Shown: piece by piece, positions 48,574 to 60,153 of the stretch
How the letters are laid out: every line of letters begins with the position of its first letter
Numbering within the stretch: position 1 is the stretch's first letter
Source of the DNA: Flavobacteriales bacterium UBA3376
Lineage (GTDB): Bacteria; Bacteroidota; Bacteroidia; Flavobacteriales; Weeksellaceae
NCBI GenBank assembly: GCA_002359055.1
Contig: DEQC01000030.1
Location: forward strand, 919 to 64,918
DNA length: 64,000 bases
Direction of reading: 5' to 3'
Translations under genes and position numbers: made by a program
The notes under the pieces: generated by a model
The model's input: the letters and a program-made list of their open reading frames with translations, nothing else
Database searches by the model: none
Told to the model about the DNA's origin: nothing

Positions 48574-49788
48574 TTAAATCACTTCTGCGACCACAAAAGT
48601 ACTTCCGCCTACATAAATCATATCATCGACTGCAGCCTTGCTTTTAGCGGCTTCAAAAGCTTCGTTGATGCTATTGAAATACTTTGCATCTAATTCTTCC
48701 GGAACAATTTTCATTAAATCCTGAATTTCTAACTTTCTTGGAACTTCGGGTTGACTGAAATAATAAGTCGCATTTTTTGGGAAAAATTCCAAAATGGAAA
48801 CGACATCTTTGTCATTTACAAAACCTAAAACCAAATGTAAATGTTTGAATTTCGTTGTGGAAATTTGCTTTTGAACTTCGCTCAATCCATGTGAATTATG
48901 AGCAGTATCAGCTACGATCAAAGGCTCATTCCCTAAAATTTCCCATCGACCACGAAGTCCTGTATTTGCAATTACTGATTTTAAACCATTAACGATATCG
49001 TTTTCTGAAATTTCGAAACCTAATTTTCTCAATTGTTCAATGGCTGAAATCACAGTTTTTCGGTTTTTCTTCTGATAAATTCCTTTCAAATCTGAATCGT
49101 ATTCTTGGGTGAAATTTTCCTCAGCAAAAATAATTTCTGATGCTGTAGATTTTGCTTTGTCTAAAAAAAAATTTTTCAATTCACCTGAAGTTTCGCCTAT
49201 AATCACTGGAGTTTTATTCTTGATGATGCCTGATTTTTCCTTAGCAATTTCCACCAAAGTATTGCCAAGAATATTTGTATGATCCCAACCGATATTGGTG
49301 ATTATACTCAAAATCGGATGAATGGTATTGGTCGCGTCCAACCTTCCGCCCAAACCTGTTTCTATAATGGCTATATCGACTTTGTTTTGAGAGAAATATT
49401 CAAATGCCATCGCTATGGCAACTTCGAAAAACGAAGGTTGGATTTTTTCTATAAATTTCTGATGTTTTTCGACAAAATCTATCACGAATTCTTTCGTACA
49501 AAGCTCACCATTGATACGGATTCTCTCTCTGAAATCTTTCAAATGAGGTGAAGTTGTCAATCCAGTTTTATAACCCGATTCTTGCAAAATGGAAGCCAGC
49601 ATATGAGAAGTACTTCCCTTGCCGTTGGTTCCTGCAACATGTATGGATTTGAAATTGTTTTGCGGATTTCCTAAATGATTACAAATGGCTACTATGTTGC
49701 CCAAATCTTTTCTATAAGCCGAACTTCCCGATTTTTGAAACATGGGTAAGTTGTTGATGAACAACTCCAAAGCTTGTTCGTAATCCAT
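48574..49788 (-). CDS. folC: Folylpolyglutamate/dihydrofolate synthase
   Basis: IHVAGTNGKGS, TSPHL, ETGLGGRLDATN, GRW, DTAHN. Confidence 0.97.
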   Translation of the reverse strand: MDYEQALELFINNLPMFQKSGSSAYRKDLGNIVAICNHLGNPQNNFKSIHVAGTNGKGSTSHMLASILQESGYKTGLTTSPHLKDFRERIRINGELCTKEFVIDFVEKHQKFIEKIQPSFFEVAIAMAFEYFSQNKVDIAIIETGLGGRLDATNTIHPILSIITNIGWDHTNILGNTLVEIAKEKSGIIKNKTPVIIGETSGELKNFFLDKAKSTASEIIFAEENFTQEYDSDLKGIYQKKNRKTVISAIEQLRKLGFEISENDIVNGLKSVIANTGLRGRWEILGNEPLIVADTAHNSHGLSEVQKQISTTKFKHLHLVLGFVNDKDVVSILEFFPKNATYYFSQPEVPRKLEIQDLMKIVPEELDAKYFNSINEAFEAAKSKAAVDDMIYVGGSTFVVAEVI

Positions 49789-49793
49789 GAAAT

Positions 49794-50810
49794 TTAGGAT
49801 TTAGGTAAATTGATTTCGTAAAAGTTATTCCAGTTTTTCCCAGTCACTAAAATGTTGTCATTGTACAGAGCAATTCCATTCAAAACATCATCAGTCGAAG
49901 TGGATTCGTCGATTTCATTCAAATCATAATATTGCTCCACCGCACCAGTTTCTGGGTTGATGATCAAGATGAAATTCGTCAACCATACATTGGCGAAAAT
50001 TCTATCATTGATGTATTCCATTTCGTTGATATTCGTATAAATCGAAAGATTTCCTGTCACTTGAATTTTTCTGTTGAAATTTAAATCTTTATCGAAGAAA
50101 TAAATGTTTTGTGATCCGTCTGAGATGATTATCTCCTCACCATTGGTAGTCAATCCCCATCCTTCTTTGACTATAGCTGGCAATTCTAAAGTCTCGATCA
50201 ACTCTAAAGTTTCTAAATCATAAACAAAAATATTCCTTGCTTTCAACGTCAGTTGATAAACTTTTCCATCGATGATTTCTGCACCTTCTGCAAAGTGATT
50301 GTCAGCAAGCTTAGTTTCTTTGACATAATTGGTTTGATTCAGAAAATAAGAAACCATTTTTGAACGTCCATATTGACCTGAACTTTCATAAATCAATCCA
50401 TTGTGATAAAATAATCCTTGGGTGAACAATTCGTTCGGATGGGTATATTTATTGATGATTTCAAATTCTACAGGCTGTTCTTTTTCAGGATTTAAAACCG
50501 CTAAAGAAGTTTTTCCGTAAATATTATTTCCATCTACATAAACATACATTTCCAAAAGGTTTGCTCCAAGCGTTGCAATGGATTCGTCGATGATCGAATT
50601 GTTTTCGATGCGATTGCCATTGACAGTGATGAACATCGAATCGATTTTATCTTCATTTTCTTCAAATGTAATCGAAAGTGAATCTCCTAAATGTATGGCT
50701 TGTTGTTGAAATTGATAAAAATTGGTATTTAAATCTCTTAGCGATTTAACTTCTTCTTTACATGAAACAACAAATAATGTAAGAACTGCCAATAAAATAA
50801 TCCTTTTCAT
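49794..50810 (-). CDS. Glutaminyl-peptide cyclotransferase (beta-propeller, plant-type QC) lipoprotein; start re-called to ATG 50810
   Basis: Lipobox VVSC; FTQGL, ESSGQYG, FAEG, EGWGL, NEME, VLNGIA, TGKNW. Confidence 0.92.
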   Translation of the reverse strand: MKRIILLAVLTLFVVSCKEEVKSLRDLNTNFYQFQQQAIHLGDSLSITFEENEDKIDSMFITVNGNRIENNSIIDESIATLGANLLEMYVYVDGNNIYGKTSLAVLNPEKEQPVEFEIINKYTHPNELFTQGLFYHNGLIYESSGQYGRSKMVSYFLNQTNYVKETKLADNHFAEGAEIIDGKVYQLTLKARNIFVYDLETLELIETLELPAIVKEGWGLTTNGEEIIISDGSQNIYFFDKDLNFNRKIQVTGNLSIYTNINEMEYINDRIFANVWLTNFILIINPETGAVEQYYDLNEIDESTSTDDVLNGIALYNDNILVTGKNWNNFYEINLPKS

Positions 50811-50812
50811 AA

Positions 50813-51805
50813 TTAATTTTCTTTTGATTTCCATCCTTCGATCCATTTGTATAAAACTTCTATCCAGACCTTAGAATCATTTAAACATTTAATATAGGTG
50901 AAATTTTTTCCTCCGTTTTCTAAAAATAATAATTTTCCTTGATTTTCAACTCTCTCCAAACTTTCCATAGTATCGACCAAATTACTCGGTGCAACTACGA
51001 CTAAATTTTCGATGTTTTTTTGACCCAATTCTTTGAACAATTTTTCAGCCGAAGGTTCAATTCCTTTTTCTTGGCTCAAAGGTGATAAAAAAGCAGTTTG
51101 AAATTTATCTTCTTCCAAATTCAATTGTTCCCTCACCAATTGACTCGTCGAAATACATTGGTCTTGGTAAGTCAACAAATTTACCTTTTTATTGTTTTTC
51201 GCTCTCAATTGTTCTAATTTGTGTTGGCGTTCTGGAATTCCTTGATAAGCAAAAATTAATTGATCGAATGCATTTGGGAGTTGACTTTTTATATGTTCAG
51301 AAAGTGCTTGTATGTAATCCGGGTGTTGATAAAAAGAATTCAAAAAAGTTAACTCCATTTCCTTGAACAATTTGAACTGAATGTCTCTTACATGTTCAAC
51401 TATAGTTCCCACTGTACTTGTGGTATATTGAGGAAACATAGGAATGACCAATACTTCCTTAACGCCTTTATCTTCCAACTCTTGCAAAGCAATTTTCACA
51501 TTCGGCCTGCCATATCTCATGGCGACAGCTATGGGTAAATCTAATTTTTGTTTGAGTGAATTTTTGAGTTGAAGGGAATAATTAACTGTAGGTGAAAATT
51601 CGTCTTTCCAAACATTTTCATAAGCTTGGGTAAGCTTTGTCAAATTTTTTGAGAGGTAAGAAAAATCTACTTTCCATTTTCTGATGAAGTATGGATAATC
51701 CATCACTTTATAATCCATGAGATATTCACGGATAAATTTTTTCACATCAGCTGGATTTTTAGATTTTGGAGCACCTGAGTTAATAAATAAAACCCCTTTT
51801 GTCAT
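50813..51805 (-). CDS. Ferrochelatase (HemH)-like protein with degenerate active site
   Basis: KGVL..N.G.P, AMRYG.P, PMFPQY..ST, FY.HP.YI, GG..F.YI.CLND; but YQGIP replaces (Y/A)HG(I/L)P and FLSP replaces FQSR. Confidence 0.82.
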   Translation of the reverse strand: MTKGVLFINSGAPKSKNPADVKKFIREYLMDYKVMDYPYFIRKWKVDFSYLSKNLTKLTQAYENVWKDEFSPTVNYSLQLKNSLKQKLDLPIAVAMRYGRPNVKIALQELEDKGVKEVLVIPMFPQYTTSTVGTIVEHVRDIQFKLFKEMELTFLNSFYQHPDYIQALSEHIKSQLPNAFDQLIFAYQGIPERQHKLEQLRAKNNKKVNLLTYQDQCISTSQLVREQLNLEEDKFQTAFLSPLSQEKGIEPSAEKLFKELGQKNIENLVVVAPSNLVDTMESLERVENQGKLLFLENGGKNFTYIKCLNDSKVWIEVLYKWIEGWKSKEN

Positions 51806-51968
51806 TTCGGAAAATTAAATTCTGGGCAAAAATAAGGAAAGTTATGAATGAAGGATTTATGTTTTAGCAATATTTAATAATCGAAAGCGGTTTTGAATGG
51901 AATTGAATTGAAAAATTGGGTATAAGTATAATTTCATAATCTTATCTTTGTAATTATTAAATGAAGAA

Positions 51969-52994
51969 ATGTCAGATTTACTCAATCCCAATCGGGAAAA
52001 CTTTTCAGAAGAAGAATTAAACATAGAAGAACAATTTCGCCCGCAGAGTTTTAACGACTTTACGGGTCAATCCCATATATTAGAAAATTTAGAGATTTTT
52101 GTCAAAGCAGCTAAACTTAGAGGAGAAGCTTTGGATCATGTTTTACTTCATGGACCACCGGGTTTAGGGAAAACCACTTTGGCTCATATCATATCCAACG
52201 AATTGGGCGTAGGTCTGAAAGTTACTTCGGGTCCAGTTTTGGACAAGCCTGGTGATTTGGCTGGTTTGCTGACGAATTTAGAAGAAAACGATGTTTTATT
52301 TATAGACGAAATTCACAGAATGTCGCCTGTGATCGAAGAATATTTATATTCGGCCATGGAGGATTATAAAATCGATATTATGATAGAATCGGGTCCAAAT
52401 GCCCGTTCGGTTCAGATTGGTTTAAATCCATTCACTTTGATCGGTGCAACTACACGTTCGGGTTTGTTGACTGCACCTTTGAGGGCGAGATTTGGAATTA
52501 ATTTTAGATTTGAATATTACGGTCAAGAATTGTTGAGTACAATTATCCAAAGGAGTTCAAGAATTTTAGGAACTGAAATCGAAGAGAATGCTGCCATAGA
52601 AATTGCGGGTAGGAGCAGAGGTACACCGAGAATTGCTAACGCGCTTTTACGTAGAACGAGAGATTTCGCTCAAATCAAAGGAAGTGGGAAAATCGATAAA
52701 AAGATAGCAGAATATAGTTTGTCAGCTTTGAAAGTCGATCAAAATGGTTTGGATGAAATGGACAACAAGATTTTATCGACCATCATCGATAAATTCAAAG
52801 GCGGTCCAGTGGGAATAACTACTATTGCTACAGCAGTAGGAGAAAATACAGGAACTTTGGAAGAAGTTTATGAACCCTATTTAATTCAAGAAGGATATTT
52901 GATGAGGACACCTCGCGGTCGAGAAGCTACAGAAAAGGCGTATAAACATTTAGGCAAATCAAAGAGCGCTTCTCAAAACAATTTGTTCAGCTAA
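51969..52994 (+). CDS. ruvB: Holliday junction branch migration helicase RuvB
   Basis: [36 protein letters not shown]. Confidence 0.99.
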   Translation: MSDLLNPNRENFSEEELNIEEQFRPQSFNDFTGQSHILENLEIFVKAAKLRGEALDHVLLHGPPGLGKTTLAHIISNELGVGLKVTSGPVLDKPGDLAGLLTNLEENDVLFIDEIHRMSPVIEEYLYSAMEDYKIDIMIESGPNARSVQIGLNPFTLIGATTRSGLLTAPLRARFGINFRFEYYGQELLSTIIQRSSRILGTEIEENAAIEIAGRSRGTPRIANALLRRTRDFAQIKGSGKIDKKIAEYSLSALKVDQNGLDEMDNKILSTIIDKFKGGPVGITTIATAVGENTGTLEEVYEPYLIQEGYLMRTPRGREATEKAYKHLGKSKSASQNNLFS

Positions 52995-53048
52995 ATTCAT
53001 AAATAATTTGCGTCAGTTTGTCAGTGTTTTTGTTTAAATATTTCAAAT

Positions 53049-53102
53049 TGACAGCAAAAATCTGTCATTCGATAATCAGTGTTGCATTGGCATAGTTTTC
53101 GA
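53049..53102 (+). promoter_or_regulatory. Putative groESL control region: TGACAG-N7-CTGTCA inverted repeat plus sigma54-like TGGCAT element
   Basis: Inverted repeat at 53049-53067; TGGCATAGTTTTCGA at 53088-53102 (GG-N10-GA). Confidence 0.45.
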
Positions 53103-53150
53103 CAATTAAGCATTGTAAAATTTAATAACAATAAACTAAAAACAATAAAT

Positions 53151-53429
53151 ATGTCAGAAATTAAGATTAAGCCATTAGCAGACAGAGTGGTGGTTTTACC
53201 AGCTCCTGCAGAGACTCAAACAGCTTCAGGAATCATCATTCCAGATACAGCTAAAGAAAAGCCACAGCAAGGAACTATTGTAGCCGTGGGTAATGGTAAA
53301 GTTGACGAACCTATGACAGTAAAGGTTGGTGACAAAGTTCTTTATGGTAAATATGCCGGGACTGAGTTGAAATGGGAAGATAAAGACTACTTAATCATGA
53401 GAGAGTCTGATATTTTAGCGATTGTTTAA
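53151..53429 (+). CDS. groES: Co-chaperonin GroES; start re-called to ATG 53151
   Basis: [36 protein letters not shown]. Confidence 0.99.
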   Translation: MSEIKIKPLADRVVVLPAPAETQTASGIIIPDTAKEKPQQGTIVAVGNGKVDEPMTVKVGDKVLYGKYAGTELKWEDKDYLIMRESDILAIV

Positions 53430-53501
53430 ACAAAATACAACTAGACTAAAGTATTTTATAATTTAAAATTAAAACTAATAAGCTATAGTCAAATGCTATA
53501 G

Positions 53502-55151
<1,650 letters not shown>

Positions 55152-55176
55152 TTCCTCATCTGATTTTATATAAAAC

Positions 55177-55207
55177 AAAAGGGCGAACCGATGGGTTCGC
55201 CCTTTTT
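55177..55207. terminator. Bidirectional intrinsic terminator
   Basis: AAAAGGGCGAACC-GATG-GGTTCGCCCTTTTT. Confidence 0.93.
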
Positions 55208-55225
55208 ATTTCAATGTATTTGAAA

Positions 55226-55738
55226 TTATTTTATTTCAACACATCCAACTCTTCCACCTGCATTACCCGTAGGTTGAGTATGGAAATCATCTGCATCTGC
55301 ATGTATGATAACCGACTTGTTTAAAATATTTCTTGTCTCGTCTTTACAACCTATACACCACTTATCTGTAGTAAACAAGAAAGTCGCAACTCCATCTGCA
55401 TTTGCGTTTAAATTTCCGATGTCTCCCATGTGAAATTCACCTTCCTCCCACCTTCCGTGGTCATGACCTGTTGGATTCCAGTGTCCACCTGTCGACATTG
55501 CATCGTCTGCAGAACAATCCGCTATTTCATGCAAGTGCATTGCGTGAAGTCCTGGCGTAAGTCCAGTCGCATGTACGCGCATGGTTACTTGACCATTTTC
55601 TTCTTTAAATGTAACTGTTCCACCAGTTTGAGTATCACTTTTTGCTTCAATGTTGTATGACAATTCTTTTGTCGTTGAACAAGAAACTGCAAATAACCCA
55701 ATGGCGAAACATAAGGCTAAGTGTTTTATATTTTTCAT
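55226..55738 (-). CDS. sodC: Cu/Zn superoxide dismutase lipoprotein
   Basis: Lipobox AVSC; metal ligands H-x-H, GGHWNP, H, HMGD, IIH; GGRVGC. Confidence 0.93.
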   Translation of the reverse strand: MKNIKHLALCFAIGLFAVSCSTTKELSYNIEAKSDTQTGGTVTFKEENGQVTMRVHATGLTPGLHAMHLHEIADCSADDAMSTGGHWNPTGHDHGRWEEGEFHMGDIGNLNANADGVATFLFTTDKWCIGCKDETRNILNKSVIIHADADDFHTQPTGNAGGRVGCVEIK

Positions 55739-55844
55739 ATCAATAGTTTTTATATTTCAAAATCGAATGGTAAAGTTACAAACTTCATATGATTCGGAAG
55801 GATTTTTCTTATAAAAATGGAATTTATCAATCGATTTAAACTTC

Positions 55845-55875
55845 AAAAAAAATGGACCATCTAACAGACGGTCCA
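55845..55875 (-). terminator. Intrinsic terminator of the large M16 gene
   Basis: TGGACCATCT-AAC-AGACGGTCCA stem preceded by A8 on plus (T run on minus). Confidence 0.75.
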
Positions 55876-55900
55876 CTGATTCACATATATTTTTTTGGAT

Positions 55901-58813
55901 TTAATAACCGAATAATTCTTCTAAAGTTAATTCAATATCTTCACCCATTCTACCTACAGCTTCCCAATCCAAATTGTCCTTGTCGCCAATGATACCAACA
56001 TTGAAATTTCTTCCTTTGATGTTTTCATTGAAAAATTGCTCCAAATCACTCATCGTCATCTTTTGGGTTTCTTTGTAAATATCCTTGTTAATGTCATAAT
56101 CGATTCCTCGGTCCTTCAGACTTAACCAATAGAAAAAGATATCCGATTTTGTGTATCGACTGGTCGATATTTTCTTCAAAGCTGAAACTTTCGAATTCTG
56201 GAATTGATTTTCTGCTTTCGGCATATTGTTCATCAAATCATTCAAAGCATCTACAGCCTCAGGCAATTTATTGGCTTGTGTTCCTATATAGGCCATCACG
56301 TAATTGTACTTGTTTTTGTCTGTTGCATTCGAATAAAAAGTGTAAGCCGAATAAGCCAAGGATTTTGATTCACGAATTTCTTGAAAAACAATTGAAGATA
56401 AACCTGATCCGAAATATTCGTTGAAAATTCCTGAAGCGGTCAACAAATCTTTATCGAATTTACCTTCTCTTGAACGCATCGAAATTTCCGCTTGTACCAT
56501 TTCGTAAGGAGCAAAGTAAACTTTTCCATCAGTAGCTGGTTGCGGATAAACTTTTGGCGAAGGAATACGCTTTTTACTTCCAAAGTTATGGTGATTTAAA
56601 ATAGCTTTTTTAGTCGTGCTCAAATCATTTCCAAAATAGAATATCTGATGTTCATAGTTGAGGAAATCTTTCAATATATCAACCAATTCTTGCGGATTGA
56701 TCGCTTTCAATTCCTCCTCGCTTATGATATCTCTGAATCTACTATTCGGTCCGTACATCACATAATTGTTCAATGCATTCTGAATGCTTGCTTTCTGAGT
56801 TTTGGCATCGTGACGGCTTTTCAAAATTTGATCGACATAACTATCATAAGCATTTTGATCTGCTTTTGCATCGGCCAATAAATGTTCGAAAAGTCTAATT
56901 CCTTCTTCTAAATTTTCTTGTAAACCATTGATATAAACAAATGTTCTTTCAGCACCTGCGCCCACTCCATAATCAATTCCTATTCTATAAAATTCTTTTT
57001 TAATCTCCTCAGCAGAATATTTGTTGGTTCCTAAATAGTTCAAATAATTGATCGCCAATGAAAGTTTTTTGTTGTGGTCAGAACCCATATCGGTGATATA
57101 ATAAACCGATGATAAATCATTGGATGTATTCTCTATAAACGAAAAATTAGTGTTTTTAAGTTTTCCTTTTTTGATTGACTTTTCGAAATCCACAAATACA
57201 GGATCTATCTCATCGACTTCGAAATTTTGGAAATCTTTATAAAATTGAGATTCATTTTCACGATTCAAATTCACTGGAGTAATTCCTGGATTTTCAACTC
57301 TTACTAAATCCTTGTTTTCTCCTTGTCTTTTATAAACGATTACATAATTGTCTTTATAATTTTTGTTGGCAAATTTTACGATGTCTGATTTTGTTATTTT
57401 AGACAATTCATCCAAATCTGAAACTATTTCAGCCCAACTTTGCTCCAAAATAAATGAATCATACATTTTTGTCGCCAAAGCATTCATATTTTCTAAAGAC
57501 CTTTGTTCACTTTTCTTCATATCGTTGATCACAGCTTCCAGCATCCATTCATCAAATTCACCTTTTTTGATTTTTTCAATTTGTTCAAGAATTAGATCTC
57601 TTGCTTCCTCCAAGGTTTGACCTGATTTTGGAATAGCATTGAAAATGTGAGCCGAATAATCTTTCATAATTTGTGGATAAGATCCAGCGTATTGCATCAA
57701 TTGCTTTTGATTGATATTTAAATCCAATAAACCTGCAACACTATTGCTCAACAACATATCCATCACACGTAGATATTTAGCATCTTGAGTTTTTGCTCCG
57801 CCCACTCGATAAGCAAATTGTAAACGTTCAGCTGATGGACTGAAAACCTCAACTTCTTTGATCGATTTTAAAGCTGGCTCTTGGGCAACATATCTCGATG
57901 GTTCAGGTCCTTTTTTGAAATGACCAAAGTATTTATCAATCATTTGAACCGTTTCATCGAATTCAAAATCTCCTACCAATACGATGGCATAATTATTTGG
58001 CACATAATATTCATCGAAATATTCATGTAAAGCCAAAAATGATGGGTTTTTCAGATGTTCTGAAGTACCAATAGTCGTTTGTGTACCATAGCGTGAAGTC
58101 GGAAATAAATTCTTCATCAAAGCATAATGAATCAACCTAAAATCGTTGTCTTGTGCGCGATTGAATTCTTCATAAACCGCTTCTAATTCTGTGTGAAACA
58201 ACCTTAAAACCAATTCAGAAAAACGCTCAGATTCGATGTACATCCATTTTTCTAATTCATTCGCAGGAATGTTATTTTTATAAACTGTTTCATCAAACCA
58301 AGTATGAGCGTTAGTTCCACTCGCACCTAAAGAAGAAATCAATTTGTCATATTCATTTGCAACTGCATAATTCGCTGCTATGTTTGAAATCGAGTCAATT
58401 TGTCTATAAATCGCCGCTTTTTTATCGGCATTCGGCTCAGCTTTGTGAGCTTCATACAAATCAGAAATTTTTTGTAAATAAACTTTTTCAGTTTCCCAAT
58501 CGTAAGAACCTATTTTAGAAGTTCCTTTAAATAACATATGCTCTAAATAGTGAGCCAAGCCGGTATTGTCCTCCGGATCATTGTTCGAACCAGTTCTCAC
58601 AGGAATATATGTTTGAATTCTCGGTTCGTCTTTATTTTGTGCCAAATAAATTTTCAAACCATTGTCAAGCGTATAAATCCTCGCATTAGAAGGGTCGTTC
58701 TCAACGACTTCATACTTGTAGCCATTGCCATCAGTTTTTTGAATTGTCTTGAATTGTGCTGAAATCGTAACAGACAAAATCAAAGCAATTAGTTGTGTGT
58801 ATCTTTTTAACAT
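55901..58813 (-). CDS. Large single-chain M16 (insulinase/PqqL-like) zinc peptidase; start re-called to ATG 58813
   Basis: Signal peptide ISA|Q, GLAHYLEHMLFKG, NAHT, AVYEE, EIRESKSLAY. Confidence 0.93.
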   Translation of the reverse strand: MLKRYTQLIALILSVTISAQFKTIQKTDGNGYKYEVVENDPSNARIYTLDNGLKIYLAQNKDEPRIQTYIPVRTGSNNDPEDNTGLAHYLEHMLFKGTSKIGSYDWETEKVYLQKISDLYEAHKAEPNADKKAAIYRQIDSISNIAANYAVANEYDKLISSLGASGTNAHTWFDETVYKNNIPANELEKWMYIESERFSELVLRLFHTELEAVYEEFNRAQDNDFRLIHYALMKNLFPTSRYGTQTTIGTSEHLKNPSFLALHEYFDEYYVPNNYAIVLVGDFEFDETVQMIDKYFGHFKKGPEPSRYVAQEPALKSIKEVEVFSPSAERLQFAYRVGGAKTQDAKYLRVMDMLLSNSVAGLLDLNINQKQLMQYAGSYPQIMKDYSAHIFNAIPKSGQTLEEARDLILEQIEKIKKGEFDEWMLEAVINDMKKSEQRSLENMNALATKMYDSFILEQSWAEIVSDLDELSKITKSDIVKFANKNYKDNYVIVYKRQGENKDLVRVENPGITPVNLNRENESQFYKDFQNFEVDEIDPVFVDFEKSIKKGKLKNTNFSFIENTSNDLSSVYYITDMGSDHNKKLSLAINYLNYLGTNKYSAEEIKKEFYRIGIDYGVGAGAERTFVYINGLQENLEEGIRLFEHLLADAKADQNAYDSYVDQILKSRHDAKTQKASIQNALNNYVMYGPNSRFRDIISEEELKAINPQELVDILKDFLNYEHQIFYFGNDLSTTKKAILNHHNFGSKKRIPSPKVYPQPATDGKVYFAPYEMVQAEISMRSREGKFDKDLLTASGIFNEYFGSGLSSIVFQEIRESKSLAYSAYTFYSNATDKNKYNYVMAYIGTQANKLPEAVDALNDLMNNMPKAENQFQNSKVSALKKISTSRYTKSDIFFYWLSLKDRGIDYDINKDIYKETQKMTMSDLEQFFNENIKGRNFNVGIIGDKDNLDWEAVGRMGEDIELTLEELFGY

Positions 58814-58910
58814 TATTGAATAATTTTTCAAACTCAAATATAAAGCTTTAATGCTTAAAACGGATTTTAATTCTATCAAACTGTTGAAAGTTGAAATTTT
58901 TTAAAAGAAT

Positions 58911-58937
58911 TGTCACTTTTTGCTGATTAATATCGTC
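58911..58937 (+). promoter_or_regulatory. Putative ECF-type autoregulatory promoter TGTCAC-N17-CGTC
   Basis: Resembles ECF -35/-10 (..AAC/..CGT) architecture; 22 nt upstream of the ECF sigma start. Confidence 0.5.
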
Positions 58938-58959
58938 TTATTAATAGAAGCATATTATT

Positions 58960-59520
58960 TTGAAGATTATTTCAATTCATAGAAAACAAAAATTGGAGCG
59001 ACTGATTCCTCAACTGAAAAATGGAGAAACCTCTGCACAAAAAGAGTTGTTCGAAAGATTTTCTCCTAAAATGTTGTCCGTATGCAGGTCTTATGTAAAA
59101 GACTTACATCACGCCGAGGATTGTATGCTCAAAGCTTTTGTGAAAGTCTTCAAAAATATAAATTCATTCGAATCCAATGGAAGTTTCGAAGGTTGGATCA
59201 GAAGAATTATGGTCAACGAATGTTTGGATTTTCTAAAGTTGAGAAAAGATGAAATCTATATCGATGAATTTTTCCATGAAGATCAATCGACAGAAGATAT
59301 TCAAAGCGATTATTATTTCGATGCGCAAGAATTATTGGATCAACTTCCAAGCATATACAGAGTGGTTTTCAATTTATACGTTTTGGAAGATTATTCGCAT
59401 AAAGAAATTGCAAAAATTCTTGAAATCAGCGAATCTGCTTCTAAAACACAATTGTTAAGAGCCAAACGGAAATTAAAAGAAATATTACTTCAGCAAAATA
59501 GAAAAATAAATGAAAACTAA
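58960..59520 (+). CDS. ECF RNA polymerase sigma factor
   Basis: AED...AF.K.F, GSFEGWIRRI.VN, LP..YR.VF.L...E.YSHKEIA..L.ISE..SK. Confidence 0.95.
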   Translation: MKIISIHRKQKLERLIPQLKNGETSAQKELFERFSPKMLSVCRSYVKDLHHAEDCMLKAFVKVFKNINSFESNGSFEGWIRRIMVNECLDFLKLRKDEIYIDEFFHEDQSTEDIQSDYYFDAQELLDQLPSIYRVVFNLYVLEDYSHKEIAKILEISESASKTQLLRAKRKLKEILLQQNRKINEN

Positions 59521-60133
59521 TTTCGAAAAAAATATAAAAAATCAATTGAAAAACAGAGAGATTGATGTTTCTGAAAATGCTTGGGAGCGATTGAATGAAA
59601 TGATGAAAGATAATCGATCAACTGAAAAAAAGAAATTTAAACTTTGGATTCCAATGTCTATCGCTGCTTCCTTGGCTTTAATTTTCGGAACTTTTTGGTG
59701 GATGAATCAAAGCAATCAACAAATTCCTGAAGAAACATTTCAATCTACAATCGTTCAAATTTCGAATGATGAAATTTCCAATGATTCAGTCGAAAAATCA
59801 ATTGATGCAATAGATAAAATTAAAACCTCTGAAAAAATTGCTTCTACCACTGAATTTGAAATTCAAAAAAACGAAGTAGAAATTGAACCAATCACTGAGG
59901 AAATTGTTGCAAATCAAGAAGTTTCAGTTGAAACAAAAATGGAATTGAATGATTCAATGACTTTCCAAGAAAATCCATCTGAATGGGCACAAGTCGATGT
60001 TTCAGAAGAAAAAGAAGTCGAAAAAAATTATGTAAATCCTGAGATGTTGCTTTATTCCATCGAAAATAGTCAAGTCATCCAAGAAGTTCAAACCAATCGT
60101 TCGAGAATGGTGATCGTGGATTTCAATAAATAA
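59510..60133 (+). CDS. Probable anti-sigma-like single-pass membrane protein
   Basis: Overlaps the sigma stop; S.NAW..L N-terminus; IAAS TM helix; acidic linker. Confidence 0.65.
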   Translation: MKTNFEKNIKNQLKNREIDVSENAWERLNEMMKDNRSTEKKKFKLWIPMSIAASLALIFGTFWWMNQSNQQIPEETFQSTIVQISNDEISNDSVEKSIDAIDKIKTSEKIASTTEFEIQKNEVEIEPITEEIVANQEVSVETKMELNDSMTFQENPSEWAQVDVSEEKEVEKNYVNPEMLLYSIENSQVIQEVQTNRSRMVIVDFNK

Positions 60134-60153
60134 AATTCTAAAAACAAGTTAAA

